From positions 245 to 64,244 of the forward strand of contig JABFRW010000033.1 of the NCBI GenBank assembly GCA_013140805.1: a stretch of 64,000 nucleotides of DNA, written 5' to 3'. This DNA comes from Candidatus Eiseniibacteriota bacterium (GTDB taxonomy: Bacteria > Eisenbacteria > RBG-16-71-46). Under the pieces are notes generated by a model. It was not told the origin of the DNA, did not search any database, and was given only the letters and a program-made list of their open reading frames with translations. How positions within the stretch are numbered: position 1 is the first letter of the stretch; each line of letters starts with the position of its first letter. This document shows positions 9,713-18,528 of the stretch, one piece after another. The translations under genes and the position numbers were made by a program.

Positions 9713-11341
9713 ATGACTCGAGCCCCCGCGATGCCGCGCTTCGCTGCGATCCGGGCCACGCTGTGTGCGCTCGCGCTGCTGCCGGCAATGCTGGCGGCAC
9801 GTGACGCGATCGCCGCTCCGCAGGTCGAGGTGCACGGCACGGTGCTGCGCCCCGACGGCGCTCCGGTGCCGCGTGCGCGCATCACGCTGCGAAATGGTCG
9901 CAGCGCTTCGGTGAGCGCCGACGCGCAGGGGCGCTTCACGATCCGCATCGCGCTGCCGACCCTCGCCAGACTGTCGCGCGACACGCTGCGACTTCAGCTC
10001 GACGCCGCCGCCAGGGGCTGGCGCCCGGTGTACGGCGATCGCGAGCCGGCGCTCGGACTCTCGCTGACGGTCACCGAGGTCGGAGGCGGTCGTCGGCTGA
10101 TCGCACGCTCCAACGACTCGCGCCTCGCGGCGGTGGCGGCGCGTGCGGTGGCGACCGGCGTCTCTCTGGTGCTCGACGAGGTGCGCTTCACTGCGCTGGC
10201 GGGCGAGCGCGCGGGTGTTCCGCCGCCGCCGATCCTCACTCACAGCGCGACGCTCACGCTGGAAGGTGCGCCCGGAAACGATTCGACGCTCGTCAAGCCC
10301 GTTGCCGTGCGCCCGCGCGTCGACTCGCTGCAGCGCGTGGTGGTCGAGCGCGAGCGCACGGTGCGCGAGCGAGCGAACAGTGAACGCGCCGAGCGCTCGC
10401 GCACCGTGCGCCCGCGCGTCGACTCGCTGCAGCGCGTGGTGGTCGAGCGCGAGCGCACGGTGCGCGAGCGAGCGAACAGTGAACGCGCCGAGCGCTCGCG
10501 GCGCGATTCGCTCGAGCGCATGCAGTGGCGCGAAGCGGTGGCGGCGCGCGAGGACTCGTTGCGCGCGGTCTGGGGGGTGCGTCGCGATGCGCCTCGCAAT
10601 GCGGACCCGGCGCTGATCCGCCGGCTCGAGCGCGAGCGCATCGACTCGACTCGAACCGCGAACACGCTCAAGCGTCGTGAGTCCGCGCGCCGCGACTCGC
10701 TGCGCTGGGCGGACTTTCGCATGGCGAAGCAGGCTCGCGAGGACTCCGTCGCGCGACTCGAGCAACTGCGCAACGACGAAGCGGATGCGGCGAAGGCCGC
10801 GAAGGAAGCGCAGCGAGTTGCGCAGGCCGAGGCACGGGTGAAGCGCAACGAAGCATCGAAGGCGGCGCGGGCCGAGCGAGTCGAGAAGGCGAAGCCACCG
10901 CGCGAGGAGAAGCCGGCGCGGGTTGCGAAGCCGAGAGTCGAGAAGCCGATCGCCGCGCCACCCACGCCGGTCGCTCGGACTGAGCCGCCGCGAACCGAGC
11001 CGCCGGTCGCCGACGGCTGCTCGTGTCGCATGGCGGGCACGGTCGAGATCGCTCCGCGAATGGTGTTGCTCGAACCCGAGCGCGTGGTGGTGAGGCTCGC
11101 GGGTCGCGCCACGCCCGCCGACACCCTCGAGATGTTCATGGGCGCTCCGCGTGCATTCCGCCTCGCCGCGGTGCCGTGCGGTGCGAGACGCCTCGAGATC
11201 ATTCGCCTGCGCCTCGACGCCCCCGAGGCGCGTCTGGTCGACGGACAGCCGGCGGAAGGTTTCGGGTGCTCGAGCGGCACGCTGCTGCAGCCGCGTCTGG
11301 TGATCGCGCTCGACCGTCCGCGCAACGCGATTCGCCGCTAG
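9713..11341 (+). CDS. Secreted hypothetical protein: carboxypeptidase-regulatory-like beta-sandwich N-domain, highly charged coiled-coil middle, Cys-containing C-domain
   Basis: Signal peptide MTRAPAMPRFAAIRATLCALALLPAMLAARDAIA. The VHGTVLRPDGAPVPRARITLRNG...GRFTI motif is CarbopepD_reg-like. Arg/Glu-rich heptad-like segment. Contains the 99-bp tandem duplication. Confidence 0.6.
   Translation: MTRAPAMPRFAAIRATLCALALLPAMLAARDAIAAPQVEVHGTVLRPDGAPVPRARITLRNGRSASVSADAQGRFTIRIALPTLARLSRDTLRLQLDAAARGWRPVYGDREPALGLSLTVTEVGGGRRLIARSNDSRLAAVAARAVATGVSLVLDEVRFTALAGERAGVPPPPILTHSATLTLEGAPGNDSTLVKPVAVRPRVDSLQRVVVERERTVRERANSERAERSRTVRPRVDSLQRVVVERERTVRERANSERAERSRRDSLERMQWREAVAAREDSLRAVWGVRRDAPRNADPALIRRLERERIDSTRTANTLKRRESARRDSLRWADFRMAKQAREDSVARLEQLRNDEADAAKAAKEAQRVAQAEARVKRNEASKAARAERVEKAKPPREEKPARVAKPRVEKPIAAPPTPVARTEPPRTEPPVADGCSCRMAGTVEIAPRMVLLEPERVVVRLAGRATPADTLEMFMGAPRAFRLAAVPCGARRLEIIRLRLDAPEARLVDGQPAEGFGCSSGTLLQPRLVIALDRPRNAIRR
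10307..10501 (+). repeat. Perfect tandem direct duplication, 2 x 99 bp (33 codons), inside CDS 9713-11341
   Basis: Unit gtgcgcccgcgcgtcgactcgctgcagcgcgtggtggtcgagcgcgagcgcacggtgcgcgagcgagcgaacagtgaacgcgccgagcgctcgcg occurs at 10307-10405 and again at 10406-~10501 (identical for 95 nt). It encodes VRPRVDSLQRVVVERERTVRERANSERAERSR twice. Confidence 0.9.
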
Positions 11342-11389
11342 GCCGAATCGGCGCGAATCCCGCACGCTTGCGGCGGCATCTGAGCGCAC

Positions 11390-11893
11390 ATGCGAATGCA
11401 TCGGCTCGAAACGCTCCAGATCTTTCCGCGCGGCGTCGACGAAGTGTTCGCGTTCTTCGCGGATGCCCGCAACCTCGAGCGCATCACGCCCGAGTTCTTG
11501 CGCTTTCGCATCGTGACGCCGCAGCCGATCTCGATGGGAGTCGGCACCGAGATCACCTACGCGCTGAGCCTTCATGGCTTCCCAATGCGCTGGGTGTCGC
11601 GCATCGATGCATGGGAGCCGGGCCGCCGTTTCGTCGATCGGCAGCTTTCGGGGCCCTACGCGCGCTGGGTCCACGAACACACCTTCGAGCCCGTGCCGGG
11701 TGGTACCCGCGTCGCCGATCGAGTCGATTACGCGTTGCCTCTCGATCCGCTGTCGCGGCCGCTGCACGACCGATTCGTGCGCCCCGACGTGGAGCGCATC
11801 TTCGCGCACCGGCATCGGGTGCTCGCCGAGCACTTCGGCACACCGCTGCGCACCGCAAGGCGTGCGCCGGCCGTGGCGTTGTCGCCCCGCTAG
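11390..11893 (+). CDS. SRPBCC (START/Bet v1-like, polyketide-cyclase/CoxG-type) family protein
   Basis: 167-aa ORF with an SRPBCC-like sequence pattern (FPMRWVSRIDAWEPGRRFVDRQLSGPYARWVHEHTFEP). Confidence 0.7.
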   Translation: MRMHRLETLQIFPRGVDEVFAFFADARNLERITPEFLRFRIVTPQPISMGVGTEITYALSLHGFPMRWVSRIDAWEPGRRFVDRQLSGPYARWVHEHTFEPVPGGTRVADRVDYALPLDPLSRPLHDRFVRPDVERIFAHRHRVLAEHFGTPLRTARRAPAVALSPR

Positions 11894-11915
11894 TCCTCGA
11901 CTACCGTCCGGCCGC

Positions 11916-13535
11916 ATGGCCGACTCCATCGATCCCGCTCGCGTTCGAGACCTCACGCATCGACTGGTGGCAAGCTCGAGCGTGAGTCCGGATGCGATCG
12001 CCGAGAACGCGTGCGGCGCGGCGCTGCGCGCCGAACTCGCGAGCTTCGCCGAGACCGGAACATGGGGCCTCGCCGATGGTCGCGAGATCACCTGGGCGCT
12101 GGTGCGCGGGGGCTCGTCGCGAACGCTGGTGTGCCTCGGGCACCACGACACCGTGGCGGTGGGCGAATACGCGGCGCTCGATTCGGCCGGCGACGCGCGG
12201 CTCGCGTTCGATCCGGAGCGCCTGCGAGAGCGGCTCCTGACGCTCGCGGCCGGGTCCAGCGAGTCGTTGCCCGATCACCTGCGCGCCGACCTCGAGCAGG
12301 AGCGCTCGACACCCGGCACCTGGATGTTCGGACGCGGTGCGCTCGACATGAAGAGCGGGCTCGCCGCAGGGGTCGAAGCGCTGAGAGCCTACGCGACGCG
12401 TGACGGCGGGCCCGCGGGCAGCGTGCTGTTCGTGAGCTGTCCCGACGAGGAAGTGCACTCGGTCGGCATGCTCGCGGCGGTGCCGCGCATCCTCGAACTG
12501 CGCGACGCGCAGGGCCTCGCGTTCGAGGGCGCGATCAATCTGGACTACGCCGAGGAACCCGCGATTCACTTTGGCGTGGCAGGCAAGCTGCTGCTGCAAC
12601 TCTGGGTGCTCGGCGATCCGACTCACGCAAGCGAGCCGTTTCGCGGCGTCGACGCGACCCAGCTGGCGGCGGCGATCGTGTCGCAACTCACGCTCGACCC
12701 GGCGCTCGCCGACCTCGATGCGGATTCCCGCGGCGTGCCGCCGGTGGTGTTGCGCCTGCGCGACTTGAAAGACGCCTACGACGTGCAGACAGCCCTTGAA
12801 GCGGTGGCCGAGGTCAACCTGCTCACGCGCGGTCGGTCGCTCTCGGAGTGGATCCGCGTGCTCAAGCGCAGCGTGTCGGAAACACTCGCCTCGCACGCGC
12901 GCTCGATGCGCGAGCTGGCTGCGCGACTGGCGCCCGCCGAGCGTGCACGAGAGCTCGCGACGCCGCGCGTGCTCAGCTACGCAGAGCTTGCCGAACGGGC
13001 GGGGCCGGCGGCGCGTGAGACGGCCGAGCGTGCGGCGGCCGATGCCATCGCGCGAGGTGCCGACGTTCGCGAATCCACGCTGGTGCGCGTGCGCACGCTG
13101 GCGCGGCTCGCTCAGCTCAGTGGTCCGGCGGTGGTGCTGGCGTTGGCGCCGCCCTACTACCCGGCGGCGGCCGCGCGCGAGGCACCCATCGCGCGCATCG
13201 CGCGGGAGGTGGCCGAGCGGCACGATCTCGCCGTGCGCGGGGTGTATCCGCATATCACCGACGCGTCCTATGTGGCATGGCGAGATGCCCCGGCCGCACG
13301 GCTGGCCGAGTGGCTGCCGGCGCTCGGCGCCGAGTATCGGCTTCCGATCGATGCGGCGACCGCACTCGACCTGAACGTGGTGACGCTGGGGCCCTGGGGG
13401 CGCGACGCTCATGGTCGATTCGAACGCGTGCATGCGCCGCATGCATTCGCTACGCTTCCGGCCGCCCTGCTCGAGCTGTTCAGTCGCACGCTCGACCGCA
13501 CGGTCCCCCCGACCGAATTGGAGCCTCCGTCATGA
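11916..13535 (+). CDS. M20/M25/M40 family metallohydrolase, RocB-like
   Basis: 540 aa. LVCLGHHDTV motif (M20 His/Asp metal site), an acidic catalytic stretch SCPDEEVHSVG, and size and architecture like the RocB/ArgE group. The start was chosen at ATG 11916 after the SRPBCC stop. Confidence 0.6.
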   Translation: MADSIDPARVRDLTHRLVASSSVSPDAIAENACGAALRAELASFAETGTWGLADGREITWALVRGGSSRTLVCLGHHDTVAVGEYAALDSAGDARLAFDPERLRERLLTLAAGSSESLPDHLRADLEQERSTPGTWMFGRGALDMKSGLAAGVEALRAYATRDGGPAGSVLFVSCPDEEVHSVGMLAAVPRILELRDAQGLAFEGAINLDYAEEPAIHFGVAGKLLLQLWVLGDPTHASEPFRGVDATQLAAAIVSQLTLDPALADLDADSRGVPPVVLRLRDLKDAYDVQTALEAVAEVNLLTRGRSLSEWIRVLKRSVSETLASHARSMRELAARLAPAERARELATPRVLSYAELAERAGPAARETAERAAADAIARGADVRESTLVRVRTLARLAQLSGPAVVLALAPPYYPAAAAREAPIARIAREVAERHDLAVRGVYPHITDASYVAWRDAPAARLAEWLPALGAEYRLPIDAATALDLNVVTLGPWGRDAHGRFERVHAPHAFATLPAALLELFSRTLDRTVPPTELEPPS

Positions 13536-15634
13536 CGCCCGAAACCGCTTCCATTCCCGACGCCGCCCGGGCGCCCAACGCGACCGGCGCTCGCCGTCCG
13601 ATGCGCGAGGACGATCTGCTGCGCTTCGTGTGGGTCGCCGATCCGCAGATCTCGCCCGATGGCGCGCGTGTCGCGTTCACCCGCGTGTGGGTGGATCGCG
13701 AGAGCGACGACTATCAGACCGCGGTGTGGATCGCCGACGCGAAGACCGGCGGCGCGCGAGCACTCACGTCGGGCAAGTGGGACAGCCAGCCGCGCTGGTC
13801 GCCCGACGGCACGCGACTCGCGTTCGTGCGCAAGACCGCGGGCGATCAGCCGCCGCAGCTGCACGTGCTGCCGATGGCGGGCGGCGAAGCGCAGTGCCTG
13901 ACCACGCTCGAAAAGGGCGCCGGTGCACCCGCGTGGTCGCCCGACGGCACGCGCATCGCGTTCACGAGCGGAACGAACCCCGAGATCGACACGCCCGAGA
14001 AGACCAAGAACAAGCCCAAGCACGAGCCGGCCCGCATCGTTCAGAAGCCGGTGTTCCGCTGGAACGATCAGGGCTTCGTCGACTTGGAACACCTCGACCA
14101 GTTGTGGGTGATCCCCGCCGCCGGCGGATCGCCGCGACAGCTCACGCGCGGCGAGTTCGCGGCGGGCGCTCCGCGCTGGTCCCGCGATGGTCGCCGCGTG
14201 ATGTTCGCGGCCGATCGTCGCGCCGAGCCGTGGTTCGGGCACGAGGAGGCGCGCCTCTACTCGGTGTCGCCGGAACTCGAGTCACCGACGACGGGCGAGG
14301 CGCTCGAGCTGGTTGCGGACTACTCGGGCACGGTGATCGCGTGGGCCGAGCGCGAGGACGGCGCGATCGCAACCATCGGCAAGCTGCTCGACTCGTCACG
14401 CTTCGCGAGCTACGACCAGATGGACGTGCTGCTCTCCGAGGGTGCGTCGCCATTGCGCAAGGTGCGGCGCGTCAACGCGACCCGCGACCACGCCATGGGG
14501 GAAACGCTGTCCGCGGATCAGCATCCGCCGCGTGGCGGCGGCGGGGTTCCGTTCGCGTTCGCCGAGAACGGTCGCGTGATCCTGACCCTCGCTTCGCGAC
14601 ACGGTGGCGCCATGCTGGTGCGCGTCGATCTGGCGAGCGGCGAAGTGCGCGAGCTGACGCCGATTCAGCGCGACATCTCGGTTGGTAGCGCGACCCCCGA
14701 CGGCCGGCGCTGGGCGCTCACGGTCGGCAGCCCGACGACGCCGGGCGACCTTGCGATCTTCGACACCGCCAACGGCGAGCTGCGCACGCTCTATGCGCCG
14801 AACCAGGACTGGCTCGCCGAGATCGCGCTCGGCGCGATCGAAGAGATCTGGTACCCGAGCTTCGACGGCAAGCAGATCCAGGGCTGGATGGTGCGTCCAC
14901 CGGATTTCGATCCGAAGGGCAGTTACCCGCTGGTGCTCGAAATTCACGGCGGTCCGCACACCGCCTACGGCGTCGCGTTCTTCCACGAGTTCCAGGTGCT
15001 GGCGGGTGCCGGCTACGTGGTGCTCTACACCAATCCGCGCGGCAGCACGTCCTATGGCGAATCATTCGCCGACTGCATCCAGTACCGCTACCCGGGCGAC
15101 GACGTGCAGGATCTGCTGCTGGGCGTTGACGAAGTGGTGAAGCGCGGCTCGATCGACGTGAAGCGACTCGGCGTGACCGGCGGGAGCGGTGGCGGGCTGC
15201 TGACCAACTGGATCATCGCGCACGACCAGCGCTTCGCGGCCGCCGTCACCCAGCGGTGCGTGGCGGACTGGATCTCGATGGTCTACAGCAGCGACTTCGC
15301 GCTGTTCATGCCGTACTGGTTCAGGCGCCAGCCGCACGAGGACCCGAAGGAGTATCTCGACCGCTCGCCCTACATGATGGCCGACCGCATCCAGACGCCG
15401 CTCATGGTGATCCACAGCGAGGAAGACTGGCGCACGCCGATCGGGCAGGGGGAGACCATGTTCCGGGCACTCCTTCAGCAACGTAAGACCTGCGTGATGG
15501 TGCGGTTCCCGGGCGAGAACCACGAGCTGTCGCGTAGCGGCATGCCTACTCGGCGGGTGCAGAACCAGGAGCACATCCGGGCGTGGTTCGACCGCTGGCT
15601 CCAGGGCAAGCCGGCACCTCAGTACGGGGTCTGA
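13532..15634 (+). CDS. S9 family serine peptidase (prolyl-oligopeptidase/acylaminoacyl-peptidase type) with N-terminal beta-propeller
   Basis: ATGA overlap with the upstream stop. N-terminal PD40/TolB-like WSPDG repeats. C-terminal GVTGGSGGG (GxSxG nucleophile), an Asp in IHSEEDWRTP and a His in GENHELS complete the triad. Confidence 0.8.
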   Translation: MTPETASIPDAARAPNATGARRPMREDDLLRFVWVADPQISPDGARVAFTRVWVDRESDDYQTAVWIADAKTGGARALTSGKWDSQPRWSPDGTRLAFVRKTAGDQPPQLHVLPMAGGEAQCLTTLEKGAGAPAWSPDGTRIAFTSGTNPEIDTPEKTKNKPKHEPARIVQKPVFRWNDQGFVDLEHLDQLWVIPAAGGSPRQLTRGEFAAGAPRWSRDGRRVMFAADRRAEPWFGHEEARLYSVSPELESPTTGEALELVADYSGTVIAWAEREDGAIATIGKLLDSSRFASYDQMDVLLSEGASPLRKVRRVNATRDHAMGETLSADQHPPRGGGGVPFAFAENGRVILTLASRHGGAMLVRVDLASGEVRELTPIQRDISVGSATPDGRRWALTVGSPTTPGDLAIFDTANGELRTLYAPNQDWLAEIALGAIEEIWYPSFDGKQIQGWMVRPPDFDPKGSYPLVLEIHGGPHTAYGVAFFHEFQVLAGAGYVVLYTNPRGSTSYGESFADCIQYRYPGDDVQDLLLGVDEVVKRGSIDVKRLGVTGGSGGGLLTNWIIAHDQRFAAAVTQRCVADWISMVYSSDFALFMPYWFRRQPHEDPKEYLDRSPYMMADRIQTPLMVIHSEEDWRTPIGQGETMFRALLQQRKTCVMVRFPGENHELSRSGMPTRRVQNQEHIRAWFDRWLQGKPAPQYGV

Positions 15635-15660
15635 GGGGCGCGGGGGTACACTCTCCGGTC

Positions 15661-17007
15661 ATGAAAGTCCGCCCGGCGAAACGCCCGTTCCGTGTGGTGG
15701 CCGGCTTGTGTGCGGTAGCCGCCGCGTGTCTCGCAGGCTCGCTCGCTGCTCCGCCTGTGGTCCGCGAGTCGCACGCGTCCTACTTCGTGCCGACGCCGCC
15801 CTGGCGCCCCAAGGAAGCGACGCTGGTACGGCGCCAGGGACTCTTCCACCTCTACTACACGCGCGGCATTCCGACCGCCCCGTTCGATTCGACCTGGACC
15901 GAACTCGGGCATGCGGTCTCGGGCGACCTCTACAACTGGGTCGAATGGGCGCCGGAGATCCCGCCGCGCGCGACCGAGTGGGACAACCACCAGATCTGGG
16001 CGCCTCACATCGTCGAGACCGACACGCTCTACTACATGTTCTACACCGGGATCACGCACTCGCCGCCGGACTGGATCCATCACCAGCGCATCGGCGTTGC
16101 GACCTCGCCCGACCTCGTCAACTGGACGCGACTCCCCGAGCCGGTGCTGGAGTGCCTCGATGTCCCGTGGACTTACTGCATCCCGTCGATGGAGGGTGCC
16201 GGCGACTTTCGCGATCCCTACGTGATGCCCGATCCGGATTCGGCCGGACACTGGATCATGTACTACACCGCGCGTCATCGCGACGCCCCGGGCGAGCTGC
16301 TGATCGGCGCCGCGCGCTCGACCGGCGACCTCACGCAGTGGACCGGCGCGGGACCGTTGTTCAATACCGCACAGCGCTACACGCTGAGCAGCGTCACGGA
16401 GACGCCCGACGTGTTCGAGCACCAGGGACGGTGGTTCCTGCTCTACACCACCTGGAACAAGCACCCGATCGGCATCCAGACCGCATTGCATCCGCTCGCG
16501 GACTCGTCGGGCTGGAGCGCTCAGCAGTTCCTGCACGAACAGGTGCCGTTCAACAACACCGATCCAAGCTTCGGTCCCGAGCACCTCGTCGTCGACGGGC
16601 ACGAGCTCTACTACCACGCCAATTCGGCGGTCGACGGGATCGAGTTCCTCGAGTTCGTGTGGGAGGACTCGCTGAACTTCGACCTGATCGACCCGTGGAT
16701 CGTCGACACCGCGCTCTCGGTACCGCAGCCGCCGCTCGCCGGCGTGCGCCTGGTTCCGGTGCTGGGCGCGGGCGGCGTGCGGCTGGTCGTGGACACGCCG
16801 CGCTCGCTCGAGGCGCGGTTGTGGATCGCGGACGTCTCGGGACGACGCATTCAGCTGCTGCACGAGGGGCGATTGCCGCGCGGTCGCAGCGAACTGCCGT
16901 GGGATGGCCGCGCGTCGGCCGGGTTCGTGATGCCGTCGGGCGTCTACTTCGCGGTGCTCGAGACCGCCGGCGAACGCCGCGTCGCGCGCTTCGCGCGACT
17001 GCGGTAG
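15661..17007 (+). CDS. Secreted five-bladed beta-propeller glycoside-hydrolase-like protein (GH32/43/68 clan-like) with C-terminal sorting domain
   Basis: Signal peptide MKVRPAKRPFRVVAGLCAVAAACLAGSLA. Motifs HLYYT, FRDPYV (RDP), LEC (EC) and HWIMYYT are typical of clan GH-J/F propellers. C-terminus ...SGVYFAVLETAG... is the shared sorting domain. Family assignment is tentative. Confidence 0.55.
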   Translation: MKVRPAKRPFRVVAGLCAVAAACLAGSLAAPPVVRESHASYFVPTPPWRPKEATLVRRQGLFHLYYTRGIPTAPFDSTWTELGHAVSGDLYNWVEWAPEIPPRATEWDNHQIWAPHIVETDTLYYMFYTGITHSPPDWIHHQRIGVATSPDLVNWTRLPEPVLECLDVPWTYCIPSMEGAGDFRDPYVMPDPDSAGHWIMYYTARHRDAPGELLIGAARSTGDLTQWTGAGPLFNTAQRYTLSSVTETPDVFEHQGRWFLLYTTWNKHPIGIQTALHPLADSSGWSAQQFLHEQVPFNNTDPSFGPEHLVVDGHELYYHANSAVDGIEFLEFVWEDSLNFDLIDPWIVDTALSVPQPPLAGVRLVPVLGAGGVRLVVDTPRSLEARLWIADVSGRRIQLLHEGRLPRGRSELPWDGRASAGFVMPSGVYFAVLETAGERRVARFARLR

Positions 17008-17016
17008 CGGAGGACT

Positions 17017-17523
17017 TCAGTTCGAGCGGTAGTTCCCGAACTTGAGCTCGACGCCGAAGTCCTGCTGCTTGAGAAGCGCGATCACGCCCTGAAGCGAGTC
17101 GCGGTCGGGCGACGAGACGCGCACCGTGTCGCCCTGGATCGACGCCTGAACCTTCTTGAGCTTCGCGTCTTTGAGAGTGCGCGCGACGTCTCGGGCCATG
17201 TCGGCGGTGAGGCCATCCTGGATCTCGATCACCTGCCGCACCGTGCTGCCGCCGGCGGCTTCGATGGTGCCGGGTTTCAGATTCTTGAGCGGCACCTGCC
17301 GCCTCACGATCTTGGTCTGCAGCACGTCCCAGACCGCCTTGATCTTGAAGTCGTCGGGCGCGATCAGGGTGATGTTCTTGTCCTTCTGCGACAGCTCGAT
17401 GCCGACCTTGACGCCCTTGAAGTCGTAGCGCTGGGTGATCTCTTTGGTCGCCTGATCGACCGCGTTGTGAACTTCCATGAAGTCGACGCCGGTCGTGACG
17501 TCGAATGAGTTGCTGGCCGCCAT
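17017..17523 (-). CDS. yajQ: YajQ family cyclic-di-GMP/nucleotide-binding protein (UPF0234)
   Basis: SFDVTTGVDFMEVHNAVDQATKEI... is a near-canonical YajQ N-terminus. The product is 168 aa. Confidence 0.85.
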   Translation of the reverse strand: MAASNSFDVTTGVDFMEVHNAVDQATKEITQRYDFKGVKVGIELSQKDKNITLIAPDDFKIKAVWDVLQTKIVRRQVPLKNLKPGTIEAAGGSTVRQVIEIQDGLTADMARDVARTLKDAKLKKVQASIQGDTVRVSSPDRDSLQGVIALLKQQDFGVELKFGNYRSN

Positions 17524-18053
17524 CAGCGCTTCCTCCGGGTCGAGTGGATCAAGGTCGTGATGTCGCGCGGATGCGTGACCTTCGAAGTCGGCCGGAACGA
17601 CGGATGCAAGAACACCTCGCGATCGATCGCCTCCATGGCGTCGCGCTGCGCCTGCCAGTGCACGGTTTTGCCGGCGCGGGCCGGCGGCAGGAACTGGTGC
17701 GCGTCGTGTTCGCGCGAGCGGGTGACCAAGTCGCTCGGGCCGACCTCGGCGAGGAAGATCGGCAGCGCCTCGAGCCGATCGGTGTGCGGCTCATAGAACG
17801 CGACCAGATGCTCGAGCGCCCACCAACGGTGAGGCGTGAGCCCGGTTTCCTCGCGCACTTCCCGAACCGCTCCCCGCCACGCCGCTTCGCCGCGGCGGAG
17901 CGAGCCGGTGATCGGTTGCCAGATGCCAGGCAGAGGCTGCCCGGCAGCCCTTCTAAGTAACAGAAACTCTATGCCGGATGGCGTTTTAGCCGATTTCGAC
18001 AGCGGCCGGCGAAAGACATGAATCTCGACGTGACGAACTTCGAATCCGCTCAT
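17523..18053 (-). CDS. NUDIX hydrolase
   Basis: Nudix box G-x5-E-x7-REVREETGL is present (RGEAAWRGAVREVREETGL). A TGATG stop/start overlap couples it to yajQ. Confidence 0.8.
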   Translation of the reverse strand: MSGFEVRHVEIHVFRRPLSKSAKTPSGIEFLLLRRAAGQPLPGIWQPITGSLRRGEAAWRGAVREVREETGLTPHRWWALEHLVAFYEPHTDRLEALPIFLAEVGPSDLVTRSREHDAHQFLPPARAGKTVHWQAQRDAMEAIDREVFLHPSFRPTSKVTHPRDITTLIHSTRRKR

Positions 18054-18248
18054 AGGAGGGCACCATAGCCGAGCCGCCTCGGCCGCCCAAGCCCGGCAAG
18101 CGGGAGTTGCGCTGAAGCGAAGGCTCGACGACCTGATTCGGGCTTGACCGAATGCCGTGCTTCCCTTACGGTCCCGCCGCCTCTCTCAACCGTTGCTATT
18201 GCGTCGGTTGGGGGAATCATTGTGAAACTTTTCACCGGGGTGCGCAGC
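18054..18248. promoter_or_regulatory. Divergent intergenic region between the NUDIX-yajQ operon and the ATP synthase operon; candidate promoters
   Basis: 195-bp non-coding gap flanked by divergent starts. TTGACC at 18145-18150 is a possible -35. No strong -10 is visible, so this is low confidence. Confidence 0.3.
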
Positions 18249-18503
18249 ATGAAATCTCCCGGCCCGAAGGACGCGGATAAAGCGGGTCTTCGCACGGCTG
18301 GAATGCTGCTCGCCATCCCGTCTCTGCTCATCGCCGCACCCCTCGTTGGTCTCTTCCTGGGCAGGGCGCTGGACCGGTGGCTCAATTCCGGACTGTGGTG
18401 CACCGCGATCGGCGTGGGATTGGGCTTCTTCGCCGCCGGGCGCGAGATCTACCTGATCATCCGTCGCGTTCAATCCGAAGAGGAGGGCAATGGTCGCCGC
18501 TGA
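18249..18503 (+). CDS. atpZ: AtpZ/AtpR-like small membrane protein (ATPase_gene1 family) preceding the F-ATPase operon
   Basis: 84-aa product with two hydrophobic helices (LLAIPSLLIAAPLVGLFLG and LWCTAIGVGLGFFAAG). Its position immediately upstream of atpI/atpB matches the family. Confidence 0.55.
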   Translation: MKSPGPKDADKAGLRTAGMLLAIPSLLIAAPLVGLFLGRALDRWLNSGLWCTAIGVGLGFFAAGREIYLIIRRVQSEEEGNGRR

Positions 18504-18528
18504 CCGCACGTCCGGCGATCGTTCCTGA

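Noticed and set aside
8256-9800. 514-aa minus-strand ORF
   Set aside because: Antisense to the M20 dipeptidase gene.
9671-12151. 826-aa ORF on the minus strand
   Set aside because: It is antisense to three plus-strand genes with clear homologs (the coiled-coil protein, SRPBCC, and the M20 RocB-like gene). The protein is Arg/Ala-rich low complexity typical of GC3-biased antisense frames.
15619-16863. 414-aa minus-strand ORF
   Set aside because: Antisense to the GH-like propeller gene.
18050-18403. 117-aa minus-strand ORF in the nudix/atpZ divergent region
   Set aside because: It overlaps the AtpZ-like gene on the opposite strand and has no membrane or homology signal. The region is more plausibly the divergent promoter plus atpZ.
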